A stretch of 64,000 bases of DNA from IMG/VR virus record IMGVR_UViG_3300025319_000005, positions 1 to 64,000 of that record; one strand, given 5' to 3'. Positions 21,609 to 33,524 of this stretch are shown here, piece by piece. The notes below the pieces were generated by a model, which was not told where the DNA came from, searched no databases, and saw only the letters and a program-made list of their open reading frames with translations. Positions within the stretch are counted from its first letter, which is position 1, and every line of letters starts with the position of its first letter. Both the position numbers and the translations under genes were made by a program.

Positions 21609-21872
21609 TTATTGCTGTTTTAAATGCTTCAAATTCCAATTTCTGCAAAATGAACAATTTCCTTTGTGCGTTAATGAACGTATGTCAGAACTTAGCATAA
21701 GATATTCACAACTATCTACAGTAATCACATCAAAACCCATTCCAGAGTACAAGTCACTTTTTACTCTTTTGTTTGGAACATTTGTTTCACAAGACATAAA
21801 TAATGAAGAGTACAAAACAATGCTTGCGAGAATTTTAAATTTAATTTTCGTTTCAATTTTTATAATTTTCAT
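21609..21872 (-). CDS. Small lipoprotein-like phage protein
   Basis: LFMSC lipobox; DSCEYL...THKGNCSFC. Confidence 0.4.
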   Translation of the reverse strand: MKIIKIETKIKFKILASIVLYSSLFMSCETNVPNKRVKSDLYSGMGFDVITVDSCEYLMLSSDIRSLTHKGNCSFCRNWNLKHLKQQ

Positions 21873-22695
21873 ATTATTTGTTTGTTTTTATTATTTTATT
21901 GATTGTATTATTTAAATCATTAATGTCAACATTTTTTTGAGCCAAAATATAAAATTCATAATCTCCAGAAACTTTGCTTTCGTAGTTATATTTATATTTT
22001 CTCCTTATTTTGTTGCAAAATCTATCATAAAATATTTTCCTTGAAGTTGAGCTATCTAAAGCACAAAACAAAAAAGCTTCCGGCATTGTTTCTTTTATAA
22101 AATTCTCCGCAGCTTTATCAATTGTTGGAATAACTGTAAACGCCTTTTTTAAATCATTTTTTAAGTTAAAGCTATTATCTGCAGTAAATTTAAACAGAAA
22201 ATGTCTTTGTTTCTTTGAAAAGTTTTTTATAAAAATTTCATATTTTATTGTTTCAATATTAAATTTTCCAACCCATTTATTTGGTTTTTTATTCCACAAA
22301 ATTGAAGCAGGCTTATTTAACCCTTCAAATATTTTCTTCATAAAATTTTGTTCTTCGTTCATAATTATTTTTCTAATATTTTTATTGTTGCAAGTTCGTC
22401 ATTCCAAATACGTTTTTCTAATTCTCCGGGCGTTCCATCTTTTTTAATTGAACGATAATATGGATAAGAAACTTCATGGTCGTAGCTATTAAAATCTAAT
22501 TTTGAAAAAATACCAATGATTTCTTTTTTCCCAGAGGTGAAAGATATTTTATCGCCAATAGTAAGTCCGTGCTCTTTCTGCCACTCTTCAGAATGAAAAT
22601 TTTGTTGAGCTTCCTGGTTTTCCAATAAAGATTTTTTTAAAGAAATCTCTTCGTTTTTCAATCCTTCAAGTGTTTTCATTTTATGTTTTTTAATG

Positions 22696-23118
22696 TTAAT
22701 ATTTTTTATATTCATCCAAATCAAAACAAACTAACTTACCTTCTTTTGTCCATCCAACTTCGTTTCTACAAGAAGAAGCAAACATCATTTGAGGAATTGT
22801 TAATTTTCTTTCATCAAACTTTATTGGATTACAAAATTCCTGTTCAATTATTGAACCATTATAAGTAAGCTCTGTTTTTGCTAATTCTTTTCTCTTTTCT
22901 TCAGAAGCGTTTTTGTAAATTTGTTCTTCTTCCAAGTTATAATCAACAGAATCTTTATTAATAAGCAACTTAATCACTTTTGTTTTATCCTTATTAGTAA
23001 AAACAAATCTTGTTAGCCCAGTGTCAAAGAAAGTGAAAGCCTCACCCTTGTATATAATAGCTTGTTTCGTTATAGACGAATCAATTTTATCTTGTTTTAT
23101 GACTTGCTCGATTTTCAT
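22696..23118 (-). CDS. Reduced protein-kinase-like fold protein
   Basis: G.TR.VF, KVIK, N.EE..Y, N.G....G.LV..D order resembles the kinase N-lobe and DFG region; catalytic HRD not seen. Confidence 0.3.
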   Translation of the reverse strand: MKIEQVIKQDKIDSSITKQAIIYKGEAFTFFDTGLTRFVFTNKDKTKVIKLLINKDSVDYNLEEEQIYKNASEEKRKELAKTELTYNGSIIEQEFCNPIKFDERKLTIPQMMFASSCRNEVGWTKEGKLVCFDLDEYKKY

Positions 23119-23726
23119 AATTCTATTTTTTGTACACTTTTAACTATACTTAAACAGTGTTTGCAATCAACTTTTTCATCTGTTGGTTCTGTATCTCCAG
23201 CCATGCTTCCTTCAAATAGAATACTACACAAAGCATAATCAGAATTGATATTTGATACAATATGAACACTTTTTTCTATTTCGCTGGTACCAAGTATTTT
23301 TATTTTGTCAGTTTTATATGTCTTTTTTACTTTTGTTTGAACAACTTTTGAAGATTCAATAGATGAGTGATTAATATTTCTAAACCGGTTAAAAGCCAAA
23401 TTTAACAATGCTTGTTTTATACCGTCAATCATTTCTCTTTGACTCCCGGAAGATTTTAACCACATTGCGTCAGCTCCTCTTACATAATCAATCATATAAT
23501 TACAATAAGCAAGTTCTAATTCATTATCTTTTAAGAATTTTTCAATTAATTTGCTTGTGTTTGAATTTCTATCAGTTATTGGTTGATGATAAACAAATGA
23601 TTCAATAAACGCAACGAGTGTTTTATTATCAGTATCTTTAAAATACTCAATTATAAGGTCTTGTAGCATTTTTTGCTGTGATTGCTCTTTTGCTTTTATT
23701 GGTTTCATTTGTTTGTTGTTTGTTTA

Positions 23727-23763
23727 CAATGTAAAATACGAAATTTAAATGAGAGGTGTTACA
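23727..23763 (-). promoter_or_regulatory. ECF-type phage promoter copy 10
   Basis: TGTAAC-N17-CGTATTTTACATTG variant. Confidence 0.75.
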
Positions 23764-24635
23764 TTTTTAAACACGGTTAAATTCAGCTCTAATTTTATCG
23801 CCAACGTTTTTTTCATATCGCTCCAATCCTTCTTTGTAAACGCTTTCATTTTTTGTGGTTCCAAAAAGATGTAGCAATAATTCCTTTGCAAATTCATCAG
23901 AAGAAATCAATCCACAAAAATCAATGCTTGTTTTACCTTGAATTTCAGATATTGCTGACCTTCTTGTATCGTGTGAGCCGGAAAGAATTTTAACTCTATC
24001 ATCACCGGCTGGACCAACACTTAATGTAATTGCAGAATACCAATAAACCAATCCGCCATAATTTCCATAACAAATTGGTTTAATAAACCAAATATCATCT
24101 ATAATAGGAAAATGATATGATAACTCCGGATATTTTGATATTGGTTCATATCCGTGTTTTAAAGGATCAAATTTATATTTTGCCATCTGCTGTATTGTTT
24201 TTTTGTTTAATGTCTGAAAATTTTCTTTCAAACTCTTCTTCATCAGCTATGTTGATTAATGTTTTTTCTAAAGACAAAAGCTCTTCTTCTATTTCTTGTC
24301 TATTCAATGCACCTTTTATTTGTAGCGCAAGTTTTCGCTGAGCTATTTCTTGCTTTATTATTTTTTTTGCTTTTTCCATTTTTGTTTAAATATTGTTTTT
24401 ATTCAGCATAGTCACGGCAAACACATTCATAATCATACATCGTTGCATATAGAAGTTCAAACTTCTCTGGATCTTCGTTTGTTTTACCTGTTTCAAGATA
24501 TGAAATAGTTATATCATGTTCAAAAGTATCTTGATTTCTTTTCGAAAACAAATCCCTTTCTTTTTTTAAAGCAATAATCAATTTTGCTTTTTTTTCGTCA
24601 ATTACTGAGTTTTCCATAATATTGATTTGATGTTA

Positions 24636-24672
24636 TAATGTACTATACGAAATTTAAATGAGAGGTGTTACA
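24636..24672 (-). promoter_or_regulatory. ECF-type phage promoter copy 11
   Basis: Consensus; encodes the VTPLI* end of ORF 24654-25052. Confidence 0.85.
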
Positions 24673-25955
24673 ATTTTTGCTTTCTCATGATTAATCTGAA
24701 AATAAGTTGTTAAAAGAAGTTCTATTTCTTTTGCCTTGTCGAGTATTTTTTCTTGAATAATTTGTTGAAATTTATCATAATTTTCCGGAATAACTTCATT
24801 ATGCCAGCTATGCTTCCACTGACCCATATCAATAGCCATTTTAATTAAATCTTTTAATGGGTCACTATTATTTAATTTGTTGGAATAACTCAATTTAAAA
24901 CCATCAATTATAAGTTCATCTTTACCAGTAAAAAAAATATTTATCTCAATTTTCTTTACCTTTCCTTCAACGTTGTTACTTCTGATAGAAATTCCAAGCT
25001 CGTTAAGTTTGTCTGTGAATTCTAAGTGTTTCATAAATTCTGGATTTTTCATAATTATTTTTTTAAATCAAAATGATTTACAAAAAATTCTGTACTTAAT
25101 ATTCCTTTAGCAATATCGTAAGATTTTTTCGGACAAATTAATTTACCGTTTCTTTTTATGCAAACCTCTGCTGTGCTTTTCCAACCAAAAACTCCACCCT
25201 CACCAAGAACATTAATAACTTGCTGAAAATATTTCTCATTTTCTTTAATTTGTTGCGTAGTTAAATTCATGATTTTTTGTTTTTAGGATTATAGTGAGTC
25301 CCATCAACCAAAGACACGCCATGCTTTATTCCGGCAATAAAATCATCAAGACTATAACCCATCTTTTTTTTTACTTATGTGCTTTCCAATTAAAAAGCCT
25401 ATTTCATTACCAATGTCCGATAAGTCCAGATTGACGTCACCATCAAATTTTTTATTAAAAGCAGATAGTCCCTTTATTATTTCTGTTGTTGTATCTTTGT
25501 GATTTTCCATGTTTATTCTTTTTTTGACATTAATTTCATATTGTCGTTTATTGCCTCAGTCATATCCAGAATAGCCTGGTTATAAGCAATGCACGCTCTA
25601 CGATATTTGATGTTGTTCTCGATTATCTTATCAGAGTTATCAGCTACGTTCTTAAAAGCCTCCATTATCTCAAAAGGATTATTGAACATATTCATGTTGC
25701 TGAATTTTTCGAAAGTATTTTCCATGGTTAATTATTTTTTGTTTCTATATTTTATTTGTTTTATGTTCTTTAGACTTTAAACGTTCCAGCTTTTGAGCAA
25801 TTTCAATACAATCGTCATTTAAGATGTTATAATACATAGCACCTCCCATTTTATTCCTTTGTAAAATAGCTTCAGCCAAGTTTTTTTCACCATCTTCTAC
25901 AGTCGTAAAGTTGGCCAAATTTTGTAAGTAGTTCATGTCGTTTAGTTTTAAATAA

Positions 25956-26944
25956 TTATCTATAATATCGTAATGCGTGTGCGGCAAATAAAAATTGATT
26001 CCCTTCTTTATCTTCAATTCCACATATTAATTCTCCTGTAATATCATGAAGAGATCTTGAAAAAACTTCAAATTCCAACAATTTTCTATCTACATATTCT
26101 CCATATAAACCATAAGTAAAATAGTGTCTTTTTGTTGGTTCTCTAAACTCCATTTCATGAAATTTAACATTATAAGTTGAATAATGAAATCCAGAATTTG
26201 TAATATTTACAACATCTCCTATGTTTATCAATGTATATTTCTCTACGAGAACCCGGCGTGTTAATTTGTTTTTTTCAACAATTTCCATGCTATTCAATAT
26301 AACTTAATGCGCTTTGGTTAAATAAAAATTGATTTCCTTCTTCATCTTCAATTCCGCACAATAATATATCCTCTCTTTGAAATCCAAGTATATTACTGTG
26401 AAATTCAGATTTAGAAAAAATTTTAAATTCTTTTTTTTTAAAAAATTTGGGTGAAATTCTACCTTGTATTTCACAGTTTTTAAACATCATTTCTTTGAAT
26501 TTTTGTGTATAACTCGCATATCTCTCACCTGGATATTTAACTTTCACTATAGTGCCAATTCCCATAAATTCAAATTTTTCTACGAGAACCCTGCGTGTTA
26601 ATTTTGTCTTTTCAACAATTTCCATATTATTAAATATAACTTAACCCAGTTTGACCAAACAAAAACTGATTCCCTTCCTCATCTTCAATTCCGCAAATTA
26701 ACTCTCCGTTTCTATGGTTAGTAGATTTGGAAAAAATTTCAAATTCTTTATCATAAAAAATTAGTGACGAATAATTTAATCTTGATGCAATCGATTTAAA
26801 ACCCATTTCTATAAATTTAACACGATAATTTGAATAATGCATTCCAGAATGTACAACTTTTACGACAGCTCCAATCCCCATAAATTCAAATTTCTCTATG
26901 AGAACCCGGCGTGTTAATATGGTTTTCTCCTTATCATTCACCAT
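25956..26944 (-). CDS. Three tandem paralogs (25956-26297, 26290-26625, 26630-26944) with N-terminal LTRRVLxEK tag
   Basis: Shared IG..V.V..SG..YS.Y..KF.EM.F and LICGIEDxEGNQFLF. Confidence 0.85.
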
Positions 26945-27666
26945 TTACAACTTTAATAAGTTTAGTGTCGTTATTTCCATAAGTTGAGCCTCTTTCTCCG
27001 CTTTTCTTTGGAGTTAAATCCTTTCTTAGTTCAAATCCATGATAAACCGGATCAACCACACCAAAAGAAACAGAAACAGTAATTTTATCAATTAACATTG
27101 TCCTTATGGTATCATTAATTATATCACCAACTTTATAAATGGCTTTGCTTAAACCATACTCTTGATAAAGAGCTCTCTTAGCCGATTCGTAATCAACATT
27201 AATCTGTTGTAATTTTTTATTATATTCTGCTTCTTCCATTTTTAACTAATTAAAATTATTCCTGCTATTAAAATATATAATCCTTGTAACCACATTGGGA
27301 TGAAACAGGTTGGAGTATCCTCATTAATAGTGAAAATGTTATAACCGAACACAATCCAAAGTAAATGAATTATAAATCCTACAAAAGGAATGAATGGTGA
27401 ATAATAAAGTAATTTTTTCATGTTTTAATTTTTCTATTTTATGTGTAAATGATTTAAAGCAAATTCTAAATCATCGTACAAATACTAATTTATAGCTCAT
27501 TACCTTCGGTACAGAAACATATTTATTATCAGGACCGGAAACGACAATTTTCTCTCCATATCTCCTTTTATGTTCTGCTTTAAGTGCAAGTATGATTTTT
27601 TTAACCAATTCCTTATCTAAAGGCTTTGGCTCAGTATTTTCAGGATTTTCCATGGTATTTGGTTTA

Positions 27667-27703
27667 TAATGTACTATACAAATTAAAATCGAGAGGTGTT
27701 ACA
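27667..27703 (-). promoter_or_regulatory. ECF-type phage promoter copy 12
   Basis: Consensus match. Confidence 0.8.
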
Positions 27704-28622
27704 ATTATTTCTTCTTTGCAGGTTTTTTCTTCTTTAATTTTGCATCTATTTCACTTGAGGTCATATATAAATAAATTCGCCTTACAAATTCACCATGTCG
27801 CACTTGTCCGTGTTTATCTACTGGACAAGTCAAATCAATTAGTCTTGATATTAAATCCCTATCTTGATTTTTTAAAGCTATCTTATTGTATTTATCCATC
27901 TTATCGCCCAACTTAACTGATAAGGCTTCAAATACTGCATAAGCATCTGCCACCGCATTTACTTGTGAAATGATACTGGCTTCCGTTTTTTTAGATAGTT
28001 TCATAGTTTTCATTTTATTGTTAAGCATGTCGTTTTTGATTTTTAGAAGGAGTTTTAGAATTTTCAGTTAAAAATTGCTCCAACTCATTAAGTAGTTCAT
28101 CACAATCGCATTTGTCTGATAATGCATCGTCTAATTCTTTCTGAGCATATTTTTCATCCTCGTCACTCTCTGGCTCTGCCAATGTTTTTATAAAAGGCAT
28201 AGTTGTTTCATCAAGCTCAGTATTGAGCTCTTCTCTTTTGTTTTTAATAAACGAAAGAATTTCTTCGTGCAAGTCTTCTACTTCCATATTTTTAGGATTT
28301 TATAGTGCTTCAAATTTTTTAATCCACTCTGCTTGTCTTTTCCTATCAACCTCATCTATACCATCTTTGTCAAGCGTCAATAATTCTTCAAGAGTATATC
28401 TTAATTTTCCATTTTTTTCGTCAATTTTGCATTGACATACAGACACTTCAATCGCTTCTTCAATACTCCTCGGATTTAAAGCTTGCAGTGTAGGTTCATA
28501 CTTGCCGGTTTTCTTATTAAAATAAGTCAAACCTTTTTCCCAAACAATTTGACGCTCAGCATTAAGCTTTATCCAAAGCTGCCGGTCAGATTCTGAATTA
28601 AAAAGTGATTTCTCTGTTTCCA

Positions 28623-28659
28623 TAATGTACTATACGAAAAATTAATATCAGGTGTTACA
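28623..28659 (-). promoter_or_regulatory. ECF-type phage promoter copy 13, abutting a start codon
   Basis: The last A of ...TACATTA is the A of the ATG at 28623. Confidence 0.8.
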
Positions 28660-28661
28660 AA

Positions 28662-29087
28662 TCACTTAAAGTATATTTTTTTTGCCACTTTACCAAATGA
28701 TTTTTGTACTATACAAGATGTATAATCAGATATCAAGCCAACTTCTAATTCATCTAAATAAATACCGAATAGTAAACAAACATTTTCAACTTTAAAATTT
28801 TTATTAATAAGATTTTTTATAAAAGTTTGTATCTGCATATTTGATATTAAATATTTTTCTTTAAACATAAGCCATACTAAATTATATCTAACTCTAAAAA
28901 TATTTGGGACACATTCATATGTAAATAATATTTTATCATTTTTCAAATAAAAAATAGAGCCTGGATATGAATCTAATATTTTAATATCACATCCATCAAG
29001 AATTGAAAGAAAAAAATATTCTATTTCATTCTGAATAGAATATTTTTCAAACAATACTTTCCTAGTTATATGTAATTCTATTTTCAA
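28662..29087 (-). CDS. Family A paralog, no intact array
   Basis: MKIELHITRKVLFEK...FFLSILDGCDIK...YPGSIFY. Confidence 0.8.
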   Translation of the reverse strand: MKIELHITRKVLFEKYSIQNEIEYFFLSILDGCDIKILDSYPGSIFYLKNDKILFTYECVPNIFRVRYNLVWLMFKEKYLISNMQIQTFIKNLINKNFKVENVCLLFGIYLDELEVGLISDYTSCIVQKSFGKVAKKIYFK

Positions 29088-29089
29088 TA

Positions 29090-31084
29090 TTAAATGCCAC
29101 TTAAATTTTTAAATTTTGTTATCTCTGCCCAGTTATTTTCATCTAAATAATACTTTAAAGCTCTATTTTCCGTGTATTTTTCAACCAACACTCTACGGGT
29201 TTCTTTTCTCATTTGCTCTTTAAGACGTTGAGTATTATAGAATTCCTCATCTTTTCGCCAATATCCATATACACAGTAATCACAAGCACATTCATCATAT
29301 CGTTCTTTTGTACATGAAATAGCACTTATGCCATAACGTTTACCTTTTTTCATTTTATGAATTCCAAGGAAGCATAAAATCCTTCCTATTATTTGCAATA
29401 ATCTATTCATCATTTTTCGTAAATGTAACGTTTTCATCAACTATGTAATGAATTCTCAATAACTTCCCATCATCATGCACTGTATTAATACGTTTTAATG
29501 ATTTAACACGATTTTGCTGAAAAACATCAGAATAATCAGATATGTCGTATTTTTCTGGTTTTGATTTTTCTACCAACACTTTCCGGCGCTCTTTATTTAT
29601 TCTTGATTGGAATTTCATTAGATTATATCCATCTTCATCAGGAACCCATTCTGTATAATTAAACTTACCGCGAATACATACATCGTATCTATTATGTTTT
29701 GACCACGCGACACCTTTAAGCTTTTTGTGATAACCAAAAAAACATAAAATTTTGTTATACAAATATACTATTTTTTTCATTATATTTCTTAAATTTCGTA
29801 ATGATTCCAAGCTCTATTAATTCCGATTTTTCTTGCAAAACGCCTACTACTTTCTCTTGCTATTTCTTTAAAATCACCATTTATATGTTTGACACTTCGA
29901 CATTCATTATGCATCTTCTCAAATAATACCCGGCGAGTTTCATCTAAAGTCTGTATTTTAAATAACCAAAGTTTATATCCTTTATTGTCTTCTTTATAGC
30001 GAGAATAGGTACAGTTTTTACATACGTCATATCTCATTTCAGCACACCAAGAAATTCCTTTAATCATGTTATGGATACCATGATAACATAAAAACTTGTT
30101 CCAAAATTTATTAAACCGGCTTTTCATAATCCAATTAAAAATATTCTATTCTATTTGCTGTTTCTTTAAAGGATATTGCTCCAATAGATTTCATCGCTTC
30201 TTTATATTCCAAAAAAGATTTAATATCATCTTTCATTTTAGGAGCCTTTTCAAACAACACTCGTCTTTTCTCTTGAAATAATTTAAGCCTAAATTTTATT
30301 AATTTTGAATGTTCTAAATCAAGAACCCAATAACTAAATTTACAACCCTTACGCTTACAAGCATCATATCTCATATCGTTTGACCAGGTTATACCCTTTA
30401 CAATGTCGTGCTTTTCATAATGACATAAAATCATATAATATAAACTCTTGCCCCAAAGAAATATTTTAAAAAGTAGTTTTATCATGTTTTTTAATGATAA
30501 TCAATTTCCCAATCAGGTTCTTTAAATTTTTCAATTAAAACCTTTCTTGTTTCACGCTGTATTTGTTCTTGGTAAAGTATTAAATTATGCCCTTTAATAT
30601 CTAATTTCCAGAACGTTTTACCACATTTTATACATAAATCCTGTCTGGAGTGAATATACCAATAACAACCTTTCTGTATCTTATGAATACCAAAGAAACA
30701 TAAAATATTTTTTATGTTTAATCTATATAAAAAATTGATTCTCATATTTAAAATTTACCAACATATTTCCCATTCAGAACTTTCATTTAAACCTTGCATT
30801 TTTCTTACTTTTCTTAATATTATATCCTCGTTAATTTGTTTTACAAAAACACTTAATGAATTATCGGTTTTTTCAATTAACACTTTCCTGGTTTGCCTTT
30901 GTGCATTCACACTATACCAAAAAACCTCATATCCATCTTTATCAAATACGTATACCGGCATACCACAATGCTTACACATATCTTTTCTTTGAAATTCGCT
31001 ATTCCAAATATAACCTTTTTTAATATTATGTATGTTGAACCAATAGCACTTAATCCAAAGAAAAATATTTCGAATACGTTTCAT
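29090..31084 (-). CDS. Six tandem Cys/His-rich paralogs (LCFxGxH type) with the tag after the domain
   Basis: 29090, 29403, 29789, 30135, 30491 and 30755 share LC(F/Y)xGxH..KG..W...R.D.C..C followed by (T/R)R(K/R)VLxEK; a seventh, diverged copy at 32801-33184. Confidence 0.8.
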
Positions 31085-31092
31085 TATATGTT

Positions 31093-31605
31093 TTATATGT
31101 CAAATACAATATTTTCTGGAAAATCTTTTTCTATTAGAGTGTGCAATCCTAAATAATTATACTCTTCCCATTCTGATTGAGCCAATTTTGCACAAGGTGT
31201 ATATTCTTTTAATCTACAATTCTGAAATTCTTTTTCCAATGTTGAATTCGATTCAGTTAAACTTTCATCAAGTCCCTTCCAGCCAATATAAGGCATGTAA
31301 TTATTCAAATTAATGTAGTTATATATTATACTTTTTATAAACTCTTGAATTTCTTTATGAGCCATTTGATACTCTTTTTCAAAAACAAACCAGATCATTT
31401 TATACCTTACATAAAAATTCTTGGTTGCTGTTCCTTGTTGAAAAAATATAAAACCATCCTTTATATAAAAAATATTACCCGGATACATATCAGAAACTTT
31501 AAGCTCACATCCATCCAAAAAAGAAAGAAAAAACCCTTCCATATCACTTTTAATGGAAAACTTCTCCGTAAGGACTTTCCTGGTTATAATTAATTCTACT
31601 TTCAT
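31093..31605 (-). CDS. Family A paralog with eroded repeat remnants in the C-terminal tail
   Basis: INLNNYMP and RLKEYTP remnants of LETHxKLEGYTP. Confidence 0.75.
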   Translation of the reverse strand: MKVELIITRKVLTEKFSIKSDMEGFFLSFLDGCELKVSDMYPGNIFYIKDGFIFFQQGTATKNFYVRYKMIWFVFEKEYQMAHKEIQEFIKSIIYNYINLNNYMPYIGWKGLDESLTESNSTLEKEFQNCRLKEYTPCAKLAQSEWEEYNYLGLHTLIEKDFPENIVFDI

Positions 31606-31624
31606 ATATTTTTAATAAAAATGT

Positions 31625-31921
31625 GGTGTATAGCCTCTAATTTTATATATGTTTCCAACTTACCGCCTTTTTTACCTACAACAGCGTTTGGTGTATAGCC
31701 CTCTAATTTTATATGTGTTTCCAATTGCCACACAATAAGCACCTCATCAACTTGGGTGTATAGCCCTCTAATTTTATATGTGTTTCCAATCAGAAAGGGT
31801 TTTACTTTTTTGTGTAATGGGTGTATAGCCCTCTAATTTTATATGTGTTTCCAATTTAAAAAGGTGTACGGAATCACCAAAGCATGGTGTATAGCCCTCT
31901 AATTTTATATGTGTTTCCAAT
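31625..31921 (-). CRISPR. CRISPR-like array A: 5 repeats, 4 spacers, fused to the 3' end of gene 31774-32199
   Basis: Repeat ATTGGAAACACATATAAAATTAGAGGGCTATACACC at 31886, 31820, 31755, 31690 (identical) and 31625 (35 nt, degenerate); unique spacers of 30, 29, 29, 30 nt. Confidence 0.7.
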
Positions 31922-32199
31922 ATATCCTTTATAAACAATTGTGTTTCAGCATAGTTAAGCTCATATTTACTTTCAAAAACTGACCAAATCAAGTCATATT
32001 TAACCCAGAAATACCTATTTTTTAATTCCTGCTGAAATAAAATTAAGTCATTTTTTACATAAAAAACAAAATCCTGATACTTGTCTGAAATTTTAATTTC
32101 ACATCCCTCAAGAAAAGAAAGAAAAAATACATTCATTTCGTGTTTGATGTTAAATTTTTCAAACAACACTTTTCTTGTTATAATTAGTTCTATTTTCAT
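31774..32199 (-). CDS. Family A paralog reading into array A
   Basis: Ends ...LETHIKLEGYTP-CFGDSVHLFK-LETHIKLEGYTP-ITQKSKTLSDWKHI*. Confidence 0.85.
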   Translation of the reverse strand: MKIELIITRKVLFEKFNIKHEMNVFFLSFLEGCEIKISDKYQDFVFYVKNDLILFQQELKNRYFWVKYDLIWSVFESKYELNYAETQLFIKDILETHIKLEGYTPCFGDSVHLFKLETHIKLEGYTPITQKSKTLSDWKHI

Positions 32200-32217
32200 A
32201 TATTTTTAACAGAATGT

Positions 32218-32520
32218 GGTGTATAGCCATCATCTAATTTTATATGCGTTTCCGGCTCGTTTTTGGTGTCATAAAAATAAAAATCAGGTGTATAGCCCTC
32301 TATTTTCACATGTGTTTCCAGCCCGTAAGCGTTATTTTTTGTATAAGCTGAAGGTATATAGCCCTCCAACTTTACATGTGTTTCCAATCAATTGCTATTT
32401 CTTTTATAAACATCAAACGGTATATAACCATCTGACTTTACGTGTGTTTCCAATTTTGTTGTGACGGCTAAGAGAGCAGCTGAAGGTGTGTAGTCTTCTA
32501 ATTTCACATGTGTTTCCAAC
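32218..32520 (-). CRISPR. CRISPR-like array B: 5 diverged repeats, four 30-nt spacers, at the 3' end of gene 32388-32819
   Basis: Repeats at 32485, 32419, 32353, 32287 (36 nt) and 32218 (39 nt, in-frame 3-nt insertion); translate as xETHxK(L/S/I)(E/D)(G/D)Y(T/I)P. Confidence 0.55.
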
Positions 32521-32819
32521 CTATCTTTTATAAAAGATTGAATATCATTATGGTTAAATTTGTATTTCATTTCAAAAACTGACCAAATTAAGTCATACCT
32601 TACATAAAAATGCCTATTTTTTATTTGCTGTTCGAATAAAATCAAGTCATTTTTTACATAAAAAATTGAATATATATATTTTTTACTTAATTTTATTTCA
32701 CATTCATCCACAAAAGAAAGAAAAAAATCTTCCATTTCGTGTTTTATGTTGAATTTCTCAAAAATAACTTTTCTGGTGATTATTAATTCTACTTTCATTT
32801 TTATCTTACCTTTTGACAA
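32388..32819 (-). CDS. Family A paralog reading into array B
   Basis: Stops at a TGA formed at the spacer2/repeat3 junction; track ORF 32196-32387 is the in-frame remainder of the array. Confidence 0.85.
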   Translation of the reverse strand: MSKGKIKMKVELIITRKVIFEKFNIKHEMEDFFLSFVDECEIKLSKKYIYSIFYVKNDLILFEQQIKNRHFYVRYDLIWSVFEMKYKFNHNDIQSFIKDRLETHVKLEDYTPSAALLAVTTKLETHVKSDGYIPFDVYKRNSN

Positions 32820-33152
32820 TACCTTTCATCATCAGCAAATTTTTCAATTAAAACAACCCTTTTTTCTAAACTGATTTTATAAACCTTTTTTAAATGCAAA
32901 ATTCTCTGCAACGTTTCTTTACTTATTGGATTATAAGAGCTAACATGAAAAGAATCGCAATTTTGGCAATCGTAATAACTACATATATCACCTAATGAAT
33001 CATTGTCCCAATTTATCGTGTAACCTTCTAATCCTGAATTTTCAGATTCTTCCTCCAGCCCATAGTTATTTTTAATATACACATGCCGGTTAAAGATATG
33101 ACATTTTATCCACTGTAGAATTTTTTGAGCTTTAGATTTCATTTGTTGTTTT

Positions 33153-33311
33153 TTACCAAAAATTCCATTCATGACCTTTAACAATCCAATTAGGCATAGG
33201 AATGTATTTCTCTATAAGCACTTTTCTTGTATTTTCTGCTATAATTTTTATCTTTTTAGTTGCTTCAATTTCTTTTATTGAGCTATAAAATGGTGAACAT
33301 TTTCTTAACAT
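33153..33311 (-). CDS. 52-aa tagged microprotein (below track cutoff)
   Basis: MLRKCSPFYSSIKEIEATKKIKIIAENTRKVLIEKYIPMPNWIVKGHEWNFW*. Confidence 0.75.
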   Translation of the reverse strand: MLRKCSPFYSSIKEIEATKKIKIIAENTRKVLIEKYIPMPNWIVKGHEWNFW

Positions 33312-33332
33312 AGTTTTTTTAATTAGATGAAG

Positions 33333-33509
33333 TTAATTTATATACTTTTCTATTAACACTGTTCTGGTGTTCTCTTTTATAATTTTATTTCTTTCTATAA
33401 ATTCCATAATAAGTCTTTTCTTGAGCCTAAACTCTTCTATGCGTTTCAAAGAGGCTTCTTTGTTTGATTTTCTAAAATCTAACGAATTATAATATGAATT
33501 TTTTCCCAT
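33333..33509 (-). CDS. 58-aa tagged microprotein (below track cutoff)
   Basis: MGKNSYYNSLDFRK...IIKENTRTVLIEKYIN*. Confidence 0.75.
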   Translation of the reverse strand: MGKNSYYNSLDFRKSNKEASLKRIEEFRLKKRLIMEFIERNKIIKENTRTVLIEKYIN

Positions 33510-33524
33510 TGGATTTCTTATTTT

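Noticed and set aside
25285-25510. Possible programmed frameshift at an A9 run in an unannotated ORF
   Set aside because: Cannot be distinguished from a homopolymer error, and the downstream frame assignment is uncertain
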